64,000 nt of DNA from Gemmatimonadota bacterium (GTDB lineage Bacteria > Gemmatimonadota > Gemmatimonadetes > Palauibacterales > Palauibacteraceae), in NCBI GenBank assembly GCA_035464655.1, contig DATHRZ010000012.1:4225-68224 (forward strand). Direction: 5' to 3'. Position numbers and translations under genes: made by a program. The notes below the pieces were generated by a model. It saw only the letters and a list, made by a program, of their open reading frames with translations. It was not told the origin of the DNA and ran no database searches. Position 1 is the stretch's first letter. The number at the start of each line of letters is the position of its first letter. This document shows, in pieces, positions 39,484 to 50,440 of the stretch.

Positions 39484-40115
39484 TCGCCGGCCGCTCCCGA
39501 AATCCCCGCGAGGGCCGCGAGGGCCTCGCGCACCAGACCGTCGAGCGTCTCCGCTTCGTCCGGCAGTTCGGTACCCATCGTCAGCAGCGCCAGCCCGGCA
39601 ACGCGCCGACCGGCGTGGCGCGCCGTGATGGCTTCATGGACGAACCCCTCGCTTGCCATATCGGCGCCCACCATGCGGAGCATCTCGAGTTCGGCTGCCG
39701 TCCGCGTCGTGCCGGCGACGCCGCTCACGACCCCCTCCTGCAGAACGATGCCCGCCGCCACGGCCCGCTCGCGAATCGCCCGGCGCAGGGCCGGGTCCCA
39801 GGCGTCGGTCAGGTCGGGAAACCGGAGGCCCCATTCGTCGGCGTTGGGTCCGACGAGCGGGTTCTCGCCAGTGAGGTTGATGTGATCGGCGACGAGGGCG
39901 AACAGCGCCCCGGAACGCGCCCAGTCGGGCCGCACCGGAATCGCGCGTTCGACGAGTAGCAAGGTGTCGACACCCCGCCCGAACATCTCGCGTACGGCGG
40001 CTGCACGGACCGCCGCCGTTTCGCCGGGCACACGCACCAGGGTTTCACCGGCCTCGGAAGCGGCCGCGCCGGGCCCGCCGGGTAGATCCGGTCCGAATAC
40101 CACACCGACGCTCAT
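39480..40115 (-). CDS. PNP/MTAP-family protein, N-terminally degenerate (probable non-catalytic)
   Basis: C-terminal 150 aa match trimeric purine nucleoside phosphorylases (ADHINLTGENPLVGPN, RFPDLTDAWD, MVGADMASEG); the phosphate loop GSGLG is replaced by GPDLPG and about 50 aa are missing; 4-nt overlaps with divIVA and ileS. Confidence 0.5.
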   Translation of the reverse strand: MSVGVVFGPDLPGGPGAAASEAGETLVRVPGETAAVRAAAVREMFGRGVDTLLLVERAIPVRPDWARSGALFALVADHINLTGENPLVGPNADEWGLRFPDLTDAWDPALRRAIRERAVAAGIVLQEGVVSGVAGTTRTAAELEMLRMVGADMASEGFVHEAITARHAGRRVAGLALLTMGTELPDEAETLDGLVREALAALAGISGAAGE

Positions 40116-40660
40116 GCGCCCGCGCCGGTGTGCTCCGGAACGTCGCCGCCGGACTCCTTCGGTTCCACCCCTTCGATCGTCGCCGGCGTGTCGTCTTCCG
40201 CGGCGAGGCGCTTCTCCTCCTGCTCGATCTCTCCGAGGAAGCGCTCGAGCGAACCGCGGAGAGAACGCAGAAACCCGGCGCGGCGAACCTTCAGCTCCTC
40301 GAGCGTCCGCCGTGCCGCGTCGGTCGCCGCCTCCGCGCGCTGGCGGATCGCGGCCGCCTCCTGTTCCGCCTCGCGCAAGCGCAGGTCGGCGCCCTTCTCG
40401 GCCTGCGCGCGGGCCTCCTCGCGAAGCTCCTGGGCCGACACGAGGGCCTCGTTCAGTGCCCGTTCGCGCTCCTCGAACGCGGTCAGGCGCTCACGCAGTG
40501 CCGCGATCTCGCCCTGCTGGCGCTTGTCGCGCTGCACCAGCTCGTCGAGGCGCTCGCCGCACATCTCGAGGAACGCCTCGACCTGGGACGGCTCGTAGCC
40601 ACGAACGACCCGCTTGAAGTCGTCCTTCTTCTTCCGCACGTCGAGCGGAGTGAGCTCCAT
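40112..40660 (-). CDS. divIVA: DivIVA domain protein
   Basis: N-terminal LTPLDVRKKKDDFKRVVRGYEPSQVEAFLE DivIVA motif; coiled coil; 182 aa. Confidence 0.8.
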   Translation of the reverse strand: MELTPLDVRKKKDDFKRVVRGYEPSQVEAFLEMCGERLDELVQRDKRQQGEIAALRERLTAFEERERALNEALVSAQELREEARAQAEKGADLRLREAEQEAAAIRQRAEAATDAARRTLEELKVRRAGFLRSLRGSLERFLGEIEQEEKRLAAEDDTPATIEGVEPKESGGDVPEHTGAGA

Positions 40661-41367
40661 CAGTCTGGTCTTTCTCCCAGCAGGGCCGTTCCGAGCCGGA
40701 CCTGCGTCGCGCCTTCTTCCACGGCGATCTCGAAATCGCCGCTCATGCCCATGGACAGCTCCGAACCGTCGAAACCCGAAAGCCGCTCGCGGCAGGCTTC
40801 GAGGCAGCGCCGCGTCCGTCCGAACACCTCGCGCAGCTCGCCCTCGCTCGCCTCGAACGGAGCCATCGTCATCAACCCGCGCACGCGCAGGCGCGGCATG
40901 GCGTGAATCGCCCCGACCGCCTCGACGGCGGCCGCCACGTCGAACCCTCCCTTCGACGCCTCGCCGGACGCGTTCACCTGGACGAGTACCGGAAGCTCCG
41001 CTCGTCCGATCGACTCGGCGTCGGCCGACAGGCGCCGGGCGAGCCGCAACGAATCGACGGAACCGATACGGTCGAACAGCCCGACGGCGCGCGCCGCCTT
41101 GTTCCGCTGCAAATGCCCGATCATCTGCCAGGAGACGTCCGCCGCGAGATCTCCCAGCTCCTCGTGCTTTCGTTCGGCTTCGCCCACGCGGTTTTCGCCG
41201 ACGGCGGAGAAGCCGGCTCCGACCACCAGTCGAACCACCGATGCCGGAAAGCCCTTGGTCACCGGCAGGATGTCGACGTCGGACGGATCGCGCCCCGCTC
41301 GACGGGCGGCTTCGGCCACCGCCGCGCGCACCTCTTCCGTACGTTCTCTCAGTTCGGACTCGTTCAC
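40660..41367 (-). CDS. yggS: YggS family pyridoxal phosphate homeostasis protein
   Basis: ILPVTKGFP (PLP lysine); alanine racemase N-terminal TIM fold; TGATG junction with divIVA. Confidence 0.8.
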   Translation of the reverse strand: MNESELRERTEEVRAAVAEAARRAGRDPSDVDILPVTKGFPASVVRLVVGAGFSAVGENRVGEAERKHEELGDLAADVSWQMIGHLQRNKAARAVGLFDRIGSVDSLRLARRLSADAESIGRAELPVLVQVNASGEASKGGFDVAAAVEAVGAIHAMPRLRVRGLMTMAPFEASEGELREVFGRTRRCLEACRERLSGFDGSELSMGMSGDFEIAVEEGATQVRLGTALLGERPD

Positions 41368-41491
41368 GGCGCGGAGTCTACCGGGCGGCACGCCGGGCGG
41401 CAACGCGAGCGAGCGCGAAACGCCGACGGGGCCGCCGGCGTATCGCCCGCGGCCCCGTCGCTGCTCGGACTGTCGTGCGCCTCGCTCGGCG

Positions 41492-42163
41492 TCAACTCCG
41501 CGTGCTGAAGTCGACGCGCTGGAGGACCCAAACTCCGACCGGCCTGTCCCGGTTCATGGCCGGCGAGAACTCCATCTCGTCGACCACCTCCGCAGCGGCC
41601 GCATCCAGCTGGGGATAGCCGCTCGATTGCTGAACCTGTGTATTGGTGGGAAGGCCTTTCTCGTCCACGAACACGTACAGCACGACGGTCCCCCCGATAC
41701 CGGCCTCGCGCAGCATCGACGGATACCGCTGCTTGAGGACCCGCTCGATCTGGCGTCCGTTGGTCAGCCGCGGTTCCACGTCGCGCGGGATATACGACGG
41801 CACGTCGGACGGCCGCGCGCCGGCGGGCGGCGGCGGAAGGTTCTCGACCGGATTCGACTCGAAGTCGGTCCGCGCAATCGTGATGTCCTCGTCGAGCGCC
41901 GCAGCGGCGACCCGCGGGGTGGCCGGCCGCGAAATCTGCTCGGGCGGCGGCGGGATCTCCACCTCAGGCGGCAGATCGACGACCTTCGATTCCTCGCCGG
42001 TGAAGTCGATGTCGTCCGCGGTCATCTCGGGGAAGAAAGCGAACAGCGCGCCGTGCGCGAGCACCGCGGCGATCACCCCGATCGCCATCCAGTCGCCGCT
42101 CTTCGACTTGAACCGCTCGTTCGCGGTTACCCAGAGGGCCGAATTCCTGTCGTCGTTGCTCAT
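41492..42163 (-). CDS. tonB: energy transducer TonB
   Basis: ATG at 42163 preceded by AAGGAGG; N-terminal TM; Pro-rich spacer (PPEVEIPPPPEQ); C-terminal TonB domain. Confidence 0.7.
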   Translation of the reverse strand: MSNDDRNSALWVTANERFKSKSGDWMAIGVIAAVLAHGALFAFFPEMTADDIDFTGEESKVVDLPPEVEIPPPPEQISRPATPRVAAAALDEDITIARTDFESNPVENLPPPPAGARPSDVPSYIPRDVEPRLTNGRQIERVLKQRYPSMLREAGIGGTVVLYVFVDEKGLPTNTQVQQSSGYPQLDAAAAEVVDEMEFSPAMNRDRPVGVWVLQRVDFSTRS

Positions 42164-42167
42164 GGGC

Positions 42168-42611
42168 CTACCTCCTTGCCCGCTGTACCCGCTGCTCGAT
42201 CCGTGTCGCGAATGTGACCCGGACCGCGCCCGACTGCTTGAGCTGCTCCGTGATCGTGTTGATCTGCGAATACGGTACGTCACGATCGCCGCGAATGGCC
42301 ACGACCAGGTTTCGGTTCTCCGCGTAGAGCGGGCGAACGATGCCCGCGATACTCCCATCCGCGATGAGCTGGTCGTTGATGTGCACCTGCCCTTCACGGT
42401 CGACCCAGAGGTGGAGGATGTTCTTGCGCTTCTCGTCGATCTTCTCGGTCGCCTCGGCCTGCGCCCAGTCGATCGGGACCGGGCGTTCCTTGCGAAATAC
42501 GGTCGAGACCATGAAGAAGATCAGCAGCAGAAAGGCGATGTCGGCCATCGACGAGGAGGGAATCTCCTCGCTGGCGCTCGACTTTCGTGAAAATCCGCCT
42601 CGTTTCGCCAT
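42168..42611 (-). CDS. exbD: biopolymer transport protein ExbD/TolR
   Basis: ADIAFLLLIFFMVST TM; ExbD fold; 147 aa. Confidence 0.85.
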   Translation of the reverse strand: MAKRGGFSRKSSASEEIPSSSMADIAFLLLIFFMVSTVFRKERPVPIDWAQAEATEKIDEKRKNILHLWVDREGQVHINDQLIADGSIAGIVRPLYAENRNLVVAIRGDRDVPYSQINTITEQLKQSGAVRVTFATRIEQRVQRARR

Positions 42612-42617
42612 GCCGCC

Positions 42618-43040
42618 CTACTCCAGCATCTGAAGGGAGATCCGTTCCGCGCCCGCGAGCTTCACTTCGTCGAGCACTTCGATCATGTGCCGATAGGCAG
42701 CGGAGGGAGCCGTCTTGATCGCGGCGATCAGGTTCTCGTTCGCCGCGAGCTCCGCGCGCAACAGATCTTCGATCTGGTTCGCGCTGACGACCTGCTCCTG
42801 TTCGCTTTCGCCGCGTCGAACGACGACCGATCCGTCAGCCTGCACGAGGAAAAAGATCAGGTTCTTGGCCGACACGTCGACCTCTTCCTGGTCCGCTTCG
42901 GGCAGCACGATCGGCAGCCCCTTTTCCTCGTTGAACACGGTGGTCGTAAGGAAGAAGATCAGCAGGAGGAACGCGATGTCGGCCATCGAGGCCGTGGGGA
43001 TCTCGTCCGACACCCGTTCTTTTCGCTCTAGAATTGCCAT
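42618..43040 (-). CDS. exbD: biopolymer transport protein ExbD/TolR (second paralog)
   Basis: MADIAFLLLIFFLTTTVF; 140 aa. Confidence 0.85.
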   Translation of the reverse strand: MAILERKERVSDEIPTASMADIAFLLLIFFLTTTVFNEEKGLPIVLPEADQEEVDVSAKNLIFFLVQADGSVVVRRGESEQEQVVSANQIEDLLRAELAANENLIAAIKTAPSAAYRHMIEVLDEVKLAGAERISLQMLE

Positions 43041-43050
43041 CAGTCGTTCC

Positions 43051-43722
43051 TCACCACCTTCTCGTGGTCGCGCCAGCGGCCCGCTGTTCGTCCTGCGCTT
43101 GCCAGATCATGTCGAGCACCGCCTGCGTGCCCTGCTCCATGTCGGCAATCAGGGCGTCTATCCTTGTTACAAAGTAGTTGTACGAAATGTTCACCGGAAT
43201 GGCGATCGCCAGCCCGGACGCCGTCGTGATCAGGGCGATCTTGATGCCGGACGCGACGAGCGCGGGTTCGACCTGGCCGGCCGCCTCGATGGCGTCGAAC
43301 GCGGCGATCATCCCGATCACCGTGCCGAGAAAGCCGAGCATGGGGGCCACGTTGGCAATCGTGGCGAGGACGGTGAGCCCGCGCTCGAGAAAGTCGAGCT
43401 CGAGGGTCCCCGTCGTCTTGATCGCCTTGGTGATGTCCTTGCCGCGCTCGTTCCCCTTCAGACGCCGCAATCCGGTCAACAGGATGGCGGCCACGGGACC
43501 GCGGGTTTCGTGTGCGCGCTCGATGGCCTTGTCGAGGTGACCGGCGGTCCCCAGGGCCTCGATCTCGTCGAGCAGACCCCGCGACTCGCGATGCGCGACG
43601 TGCAGCGTCCACGCCTTCGCGATGATGACCCCGAAGGCCACGAGCGAACAGAGGATGAGGGGATACATCATGAATCCCCCGTCGACGAAGATCGTCAGCA
43701 GCTCGTAACTGGTGTCGTTCAC
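43051..43722 (-). CDS. exbB: MotA/TolQ/ExbB proton channel
   Basis: Three TM helices; conserved LGFLGTVIGM segment; 223 aa. Confidence 0.85.
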   Translation of the reverse strand: MNDTSYELLTIFVDGGFMMYPLILCSLVAFGVIIAKAWTLHVAHRESRGLLDEIEALGTAGHLDKAIERAHETRGPVAAILLTGLRRLKGNERGKDITKAIKTTGTLELDFLERGLTVLATIANVAPMLGFLGTVIGMIAAFDAIEAAGQVEPALVASGIKIALITTASGLAIAIPVNISYNYFVTRIDALIADMEQGTQAVLDMIWQAQDEQRAAGATTRRW

Positions 43723-43827
43723 TCGGTCATCTCCGTTGGCGCGAAAGTGCCGTCGTCCCCGTCTTCGTGAGGGGAAGCCGTAGTTTAGCCCGGCCCAGCG
43801 ACCTCGTCAAACATGCGCCGGGCCCCG

Positions 43828-44685
43828 TCAGGACGCAGTCTCCCGCTCCGCCGATCGGGCGGCGGCGCGCGCTTCCGGCGCCGGTTCGACACGCCCTGAG
43901 GCCCCCGCCGTCCGGCCGGGTTCCTCGGATTGCAGGCGCCGGCGCAGCTCCTCGGGCTTCAGGTCGCGGACCAGCAGCCCGCGGTGGGCGAGGGAGATCT
44001 GCCCGGTCTCTTCGGAGATCACTACGACAAGGGCGTCCGTCTCCTCCGACAGCCCGATCGCGGCGCGATGCCGGGTACCCATGGTTCGATCGATGAGCGG
44101 CGACTGCGACAGCCGGAGGATGACGGCCGCCGCCGAAGCGACCCGATCCTGGCGAACGATCACCGCGCCGTCGTGCAGCGGCGAATACGGCGAGAAGATC
44201 GTGGCGAGCAGCTCGGGCGAGATCTCGGCATCGAGCGGCGTTCCGTTGTCGACGTGCGCCGTGAGGTCGACTTCGCGCTGGACGGCGATGATCCCACCGA
44301 TCTTCGCCTTCGCCAGGCGGTCGGCGGCGTCGACGATCGCGTCGAACACCTGCTCGCGCTCCTGGGTGGCGAACAGCCGGAACCAGCGCGTGCGGCCGAG
44401 CCGCGCCAGCGCGGTGCGCAGCTCCTGCTGGAAGATCACGATCAGGGCGAAGGCGCCGTATGTGAACACCTGCGACAGCAGGTAGGGAACCAGCCGGAGC
44501 TGCAGGGCCTGCGAGATCGCGTAGACGCTGACCAGGACGACGAAACCGATCAGGACCTGAAACGCGCGCGTCCCGGCATAGGCGACGAGCAGACGATAGA
44601 CGAGATACGACACGACGACGATCTCGATGACGTCGGTCCAGTCGAGCCTCAGAAAGCCGAGATACTCGAGAATCCCCTGCAGCAT
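43828..44685 (-). CDS. cdaA: membrane-anchored diadenylate cyclase (c-di-AMP synthase) CdaA
   Basis: Three N-terminal TM helices; DAC-domain motifs HDGAVIV and GTRHRAAIGLSEETDA. Confidence 0.8.
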   Translation of the reverse strand: MLQGILEYLGFLRLDWTDVIEIVVVSYLVYRLLVAYAGTRAFQVLIGFVVLVSVYAISQALQLRLVPYLLSQVFTYGAFALIVIFQQELRTALARLGRTRWFRLFATQEREQVFDAIVDAADRLAKAKIGGIIAVQREVDLTAHVDNGTPLDAEISPELLATIFSPYSPLHDGAVIVRQDRVASAAAVILRLSQSPLIDRTMGTRHRAAIGLSEETDALVVVISEETGQISLAHRGLLVRDLKPEELRRRLQSEEPGRTAGASGRVEPAPEARAAARSAERETAS

Positions 44686-44695
44686 CGTCTCCTCG

Positions 44696-45559
44696 TCAGC
44701 CGTTCGGGCCGGCGCGCCGGATGGCGTCGGCCAGGTCGAGCGCGCGCCGCGCCGGTCCCACGTCGTGTACCCGGAAGATCCGCGCGCCCCGTTCGAAGGC
44801 CGCGAGGCAGGCGGCCAGCGTGCCCTCGAGGCGGCGCTCGACCGGCACGCCGAGCACCTTTCCGATGAACGACTTGCGCGACGGGCCGACGAGCACCGGA
44901 TAGCCGAGCCTGGTGAGCTCGGCCGTACGGGCCAGCAACTCGAGATTGCCGTTCGTCGACTTGCCGAATCCGATTCCCGGGTCGATCACGATCTGCTCAC
45001 GCGCGCAGCCGGCTTCCCTCGCCCTCCGCGCACGCTCCTCCAGCCACCGCGTGACCTCGCCGATGAGATCATCGTAGCCGGTATCCTCCTGCATGGTGCG
45101 GGGCGAGCCACGCATGTGCATGAGTACGAGTCCGGCGCCCGTCCGCGCACACAGGTCGCCGATCGCGGGGGCGTTCTCGAGCCCTGACACATCGTTGACG
45201 ATCGCGGCGCCGGCGCCCAGCGCCCGTGCGGCGACCTCGGCCTTCATCGTATCAATGGAGACGGTGACGCCGCGCTGCGCCAGAGGCTCGACGACCCCGG
45301 AGAGGCGAGCCCACTCCTCGGCGGGCTCCACGGGAGCGGCGCCGGGGCGGGTGGACTCGGCGCCGACGTCGATCACGTCTGCCCCCTCGTCGACCATTCG
45401 CAGGGCATGCTCGATGGCCAGGGCCGGCTCGACGTAGCGATCGCCGTCGGAGAACGAATCGGGCGTGACGTTGAGCACGCCCATCACGACGGGCCGGTCG
45501 AGCGGAACCGCGCCCCCACGAACCTGCCAGGCGACGGCGGGGGCGACGGTGGGGGTCAA
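44696..45559 (-). CDS. folP: dihydropteroate synthase
   Basis: MGVLNVTPDSFSDGD and GADVIDVGAESTRPG pterin-binding motifs; start provisionally TTG at 45559. Confidence 0.85.
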   Translation of the reverse strand: MTPTVAPAVAWQVRGGAVPLDRPVVMGVLNVTPDSFSDGDRYVEPALAIEHALRMVDEGADVIDVGAESTRPGAAPVEPAEEWARLSGVVEPLAQRGVTVSIDTMKAEVAARALGAGAAIVNDVSGLENAPAIGDLCARTGAGLVLMHMRGSPRTMQEDTGYDDLIGEVTRWLEERARRAREAGCAREQIVIDPGIGFGKSTNGNLELLARTAELTRLGYPVLVGPSRKSFIGKVLGVPVERRLEGTLAACLAAFERGARIFRVHDVGPARRALDLADAIRRAGPNG

Positions 45560-45572
45560 GGCGGTCGCCCGG

Positions 45573-47570
<1,998 letters not shown>

Positions 47571-47589
47571 GCACTCGCCATATGTGTAG

Positions 47590-48180
47590 TCAGAGTCCCG
47601 CCACGAACGGCAGGTGGCGGAAATCCTCCGCGTGATCGAGGCCGTAGCCGACCAGAAACTCCGGGGGCGCGTCGAAACCGGTCCAGCGCGGCTCGAGCTG
47701 CAGGTCGGTCGCCAGGTGCTTGTGCAACAATGCGCACAACTCCAGCGACTTCGGTTCGCGCTTGTCCAGGGCTTCGGCCAAACGGTTCACCGTATTGCCG
47801 CTGTCGACGATATCCTCGACGAGCAACACGTGCCGGTCGGCGATCGGCGCCATCGGATCGTACAGGAGTCTAACATTTCCGGACGAAGTTGTTCCCGATC
47901 CGTAGCTCGAGGCGACGATGAAATCGACGTGGAGCGGCCGGTTGATCGCCCGGACCAGGTCCGCCAGAAAGATGAACGATCCCTTCAGAAGGCCGAGAAC
48001 GAGCAGGTCTTCACCGGGCGGGTAGTACCGGGTGATCTCGGTCGCTATCTCCCGCACCCGTTGCTGGATCTGATCCGCGGAGTAGATGATGCGGGCCTGG
48101 TCCCGGTCGCCAGCGTCCGTGAGCCAGTGCCCCTCGGGAAGGGGTCCCGTTTCGATCTGCTCGTGCGCCGCGTCAGCCAT
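47590..48180 (-). CDS. hpt: hypoxanthine-guanine phosphoribosyltransferase
   Basis: PRPP-binding VLLVEDIVDSGNT; 196 aa. Confidence 0.9.
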   Translation of the reverse strand: MADAAHEQIETGPLPEGHWLTDAGDRDQARIIYSADQIQQRVREIATEITRYYPPGEDLLVLGLLKGSFIFLADLVRAINRPLHVDFIVASSYGSGTTSSGNVRLLYDPMAPIADRHVLLVEDIVDSGNTVNRLAEALDKREPKSLELCALLHKHLATDLQLEPRWTGFDAPPEFLVGYGLDHAEDFRHLPFVAGL

Positions 48181-49558
48181 CCTCGACCTCGAACCCGAAG
48201 TTCACGTTGGCCGCCGCATCCCGGTCGATCCGGTGCGACAGCTCGCGTCGTAGTACACAGAGGATCCGCCCGTGCCGGTCGACGAGTACCGGCGCCGAAC
48301 GGCGTTCGCTTCTCGGGATCCGCGCCTCGCTCATCAGACGGCTCAGCTTTCGCCCGCCGCCGGGCAGTCGAATCCTGTCTCCGGCGGACCACGGTCGGAT
48401 CACGAGGGGAAAATGGTCCGCCTGTACGCGCAGAGCAACGCGCGTGCCGCCACTCCCGGCCGGTTGGGCGGGTCCCCAGCGTACCCGCCGTCGGTGGCCG
48501 GACGCGCCGAAGCCCCCCGAGCCCACCCCGGCGTCGTCGATGATCAGTGGCTCGAAGTCCCCGGCCTCCGTCCCGGTACGCCGCACCCTCCACGCATCGA
48601 ACGTCCTCTCGAGGCGGAGCCCTCCACCCAGGTCGAAGCCGTGCCCGCTGACGAGTTCGGGAAGCTCGCGGGCCGCACGTCGAACGGCCGCTCCGCGCAA
48701 CCGAACACCCGCCCTTCTGCCGGCGAGGCGGAGCGCTTCGGCCCGCAGCTCGACGGGCCAGTCGGGCGCCGACCCTTCGGCCATGGCATCGAGCGCGCGC
48801 GCCGCCACGCGCTCCGTGTTCCGGCATACTTCGGCCGCCGCCCCGGCGATCGCGAGCAGGGACTCCCCCACATCGACGCCGACCGCACGCTCGAGAGCCG
48901 GCAGCAGATCGTGCCGCAGCCGGCTGCGGGCGTAGCGCCGGTCCCGATTCGACGGATCGTCGAACGGCTCGGCGCCCTGCTCGTCCACCCAGCGGGCGAG
49001 TTCGTCGCGTCCGAACCCGAGCAGCGGACGAACGAGCCGGCCGCGGCGCGCCGGGATCCCGGCCAGCCCCCGATTTCCGGTTCCCCGCAAGATGCGGAAC
49101 AGCACGGTTTCGACCTGGTCGTCGCGCTGATGGGCGGTGGCGATCCGATCGGCGGCCACCGCATCCGCCTCGCGGCGGAGCCAGTCGTATCGTGCCCGCC
49201 GCAGCTCCGCGTGGGCCCGGTCGAGTTGCCGTTCGGGCGCGCCCGCGACCAGCGGAACGCCGAGTGGAGCGAGCCGGCTCCGCAGCCGGGCAATCCGTTC
49301 GGCCCCTCCCGGGCGGATCCCGTGATCGAAGTGGGCCGCCGTCAGGCTCCAGTCGAACGCCGGGGCCAGACCGTTCAGCAGCAGCAGCAGAGCCGTCGAA
49401 TCAGGCCCACCCGACAGGGCCACGAGAATCCGGCTTCCGGGGGGAAGCAGGTCGCGGCGCTCACGGAGGTGAGATTCGAGGCGATCCGGCAGATCCGCCG
49501 TCGCCCCGCCCGGTCTCGCCGGGGTGGCCGGCGTGCGCACGTGCTCCGGCACCGGCAT
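48173..49558 (-). CDS. tilS: tRNA(Ile)-lysidine synthase
   Basis: PP-loop SGGPDS; start at ATG 49558 (MPVPEH...). Confidence 0.8.
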   Translation of the reverse strand: MPVPEHVRTPATPARPGGATADLPDRLESHLRERRDLLPPGSRILVALSGGPDSTALLLLLNGLAPAFDWSLTAAHFDHGIRPGGAERIARLRSRLAPLGVPLVAGAPERQLDRAHAELRRARYDWLRREADAVAADRIATAHQRDDQVETVLFRILRGTGNRGLAGIPARRGRLVRPLLGFGRDELARWVDEQGAEPFDDPSNRDRRYARSRLRHDLLPALERAVGVDVGESLLAIAGAAAEVCRNTERVAARALDAMAEGSAPDWPVELRAEALRLAGRRAGVRLRGAAVRRAARELPELVSGHGFDLGGGLRLERTFDAWRVRRTGTEAGDFEPLIIDDAGVGSGGFGASGHRRRVRWGPAQPAGSGGTRVALRVQADHFPLVIRPWSAGDRIRLPGGGRKLSRLMSEARIPRSERRSAPVLVDRHGRILCVLRRELSHRIDRDAAANVNFGFEVEDG

Positions 49559-49565
49559 TCGAGAC

Positions 49566-49877
49566 TCAGGCGTCGGCGATCGTCTCGCCGCGCGACTTCG
49601 GTTCGGGAAGGCCGTCTCTCCAGGTGCTGGCGTTGCGGTAGAAATCGAACACGGGAGGAACTCCGACACCGTACGCCGCATTCGACGAGCGTGTAGCGCC
49701 GGCACGGGTCGGCGTCGGGGCACTCTCGTCGTCCGTCCGACCACCGAGCCGTCGCTTCTCGTCGAACGTGAGGGCACGGCTGCGCCCCGCCACGTAGGTG
49801 CCCAGCGCCCGGCGCCAGTCGGATCGGGCAGGCAACGGACGGCGCCCGTAGGGTTCCCGAGGATCAGGGTCGGTCAT
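49566..49877 (-). CDS. hypothetical Arg/Pro-rich small protein (uncertain)
   Basis: ATG overlaps the frr stop (ATGA); ends 8 nt before tilS; 103 aa; low complexity. Confidence 0.3.
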   Translation of the reverse strand: MTDPDPREPYGRRPLPARSDWRRALGTYVAGRSRALTFDEKRRLGGRTDDESAPTPTRAGATRSSNAAYGVGVPPVFDFYRNASTWRDGLPEPKSRGETIADA

Positions 49878-50431
49878 ACCTCCATGACCTCGGCCTCGCG
49901 GCGGGCAAGCATGTCGTCGATGCGCTCGATGAAGTCGTCGGTTTGCTTCTGCAGCTCGTCCAGGTGACGGTGCATCTCGTCCTCCGAGATCTCGCCCTGC
50001 TTCTTCTGACTCTCGATCTCCGTCTTCGCCTTCTGTCGCGCGTGCCGCACCGCGATGCGACCGTCTTCGGCCATTCGGTGCAGGAGCTTCACCATTTCCT
50101 TCCGGCGCTCTTCGTTGAGCGGCGGGATCGATACGCGGATCAGGTTGCCGTCGACGCTCGGGTTCAGCCCGAGATCGGCACTCTGGATCCCCTTGGCGAT
50201 CGCGTTCACGAGCGTCGTGTCCCAGGGCTGCACCACGAGCATGGCCGGCTCGGGCGCGGTGACCGTAGCCGTCTGCTTGAGCGGCATCAGCGAACCATAG
50301 GCCGACACCTGGACGGATTCGATGAGGGCCGGGCTCGCCTTGCCGGTCCGAACTCCGGAAAACTCCCGGGCCACGGCGTCCAGGCTCTTGCCCATCTGTG
50401 TCGATGCCTCTTTGACGATCTCGCTGGTCAT
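49874..50431 (-). CDS. frr: ribosome recycling factor
   Basis: Full-length RRF; 185 aa. Confidence 0.95.
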   Translation of the reverse strand: MTSEIVKEASTQMGKSLDAVAREFSGVRTGKASPALIESVQVSAYGSLMPLKQTATVTAPEPAMLVVQPWDTTLVNAIAKGIQSADLGLNPSVDGNLIRVSIPPLNEERRKEMVKLLHRMAEDGRIAVRHARQKAKTEIESQKKQGEISEDEMHRHLDELQKQTDDFIERIDDMLARREAEVMEV

Positions 50432-50440
50432 GTCTTCCTC

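Noticed and set aside
39480-39500. Looked for a T-box leader upstream of ileS, as in Bacillus
   Set aside because: The ileS start overlaps the upstream PNP-like gene by 4 nt, so there is no room for a leader. The same applies to asnS, which has only about 90 nt upstream.
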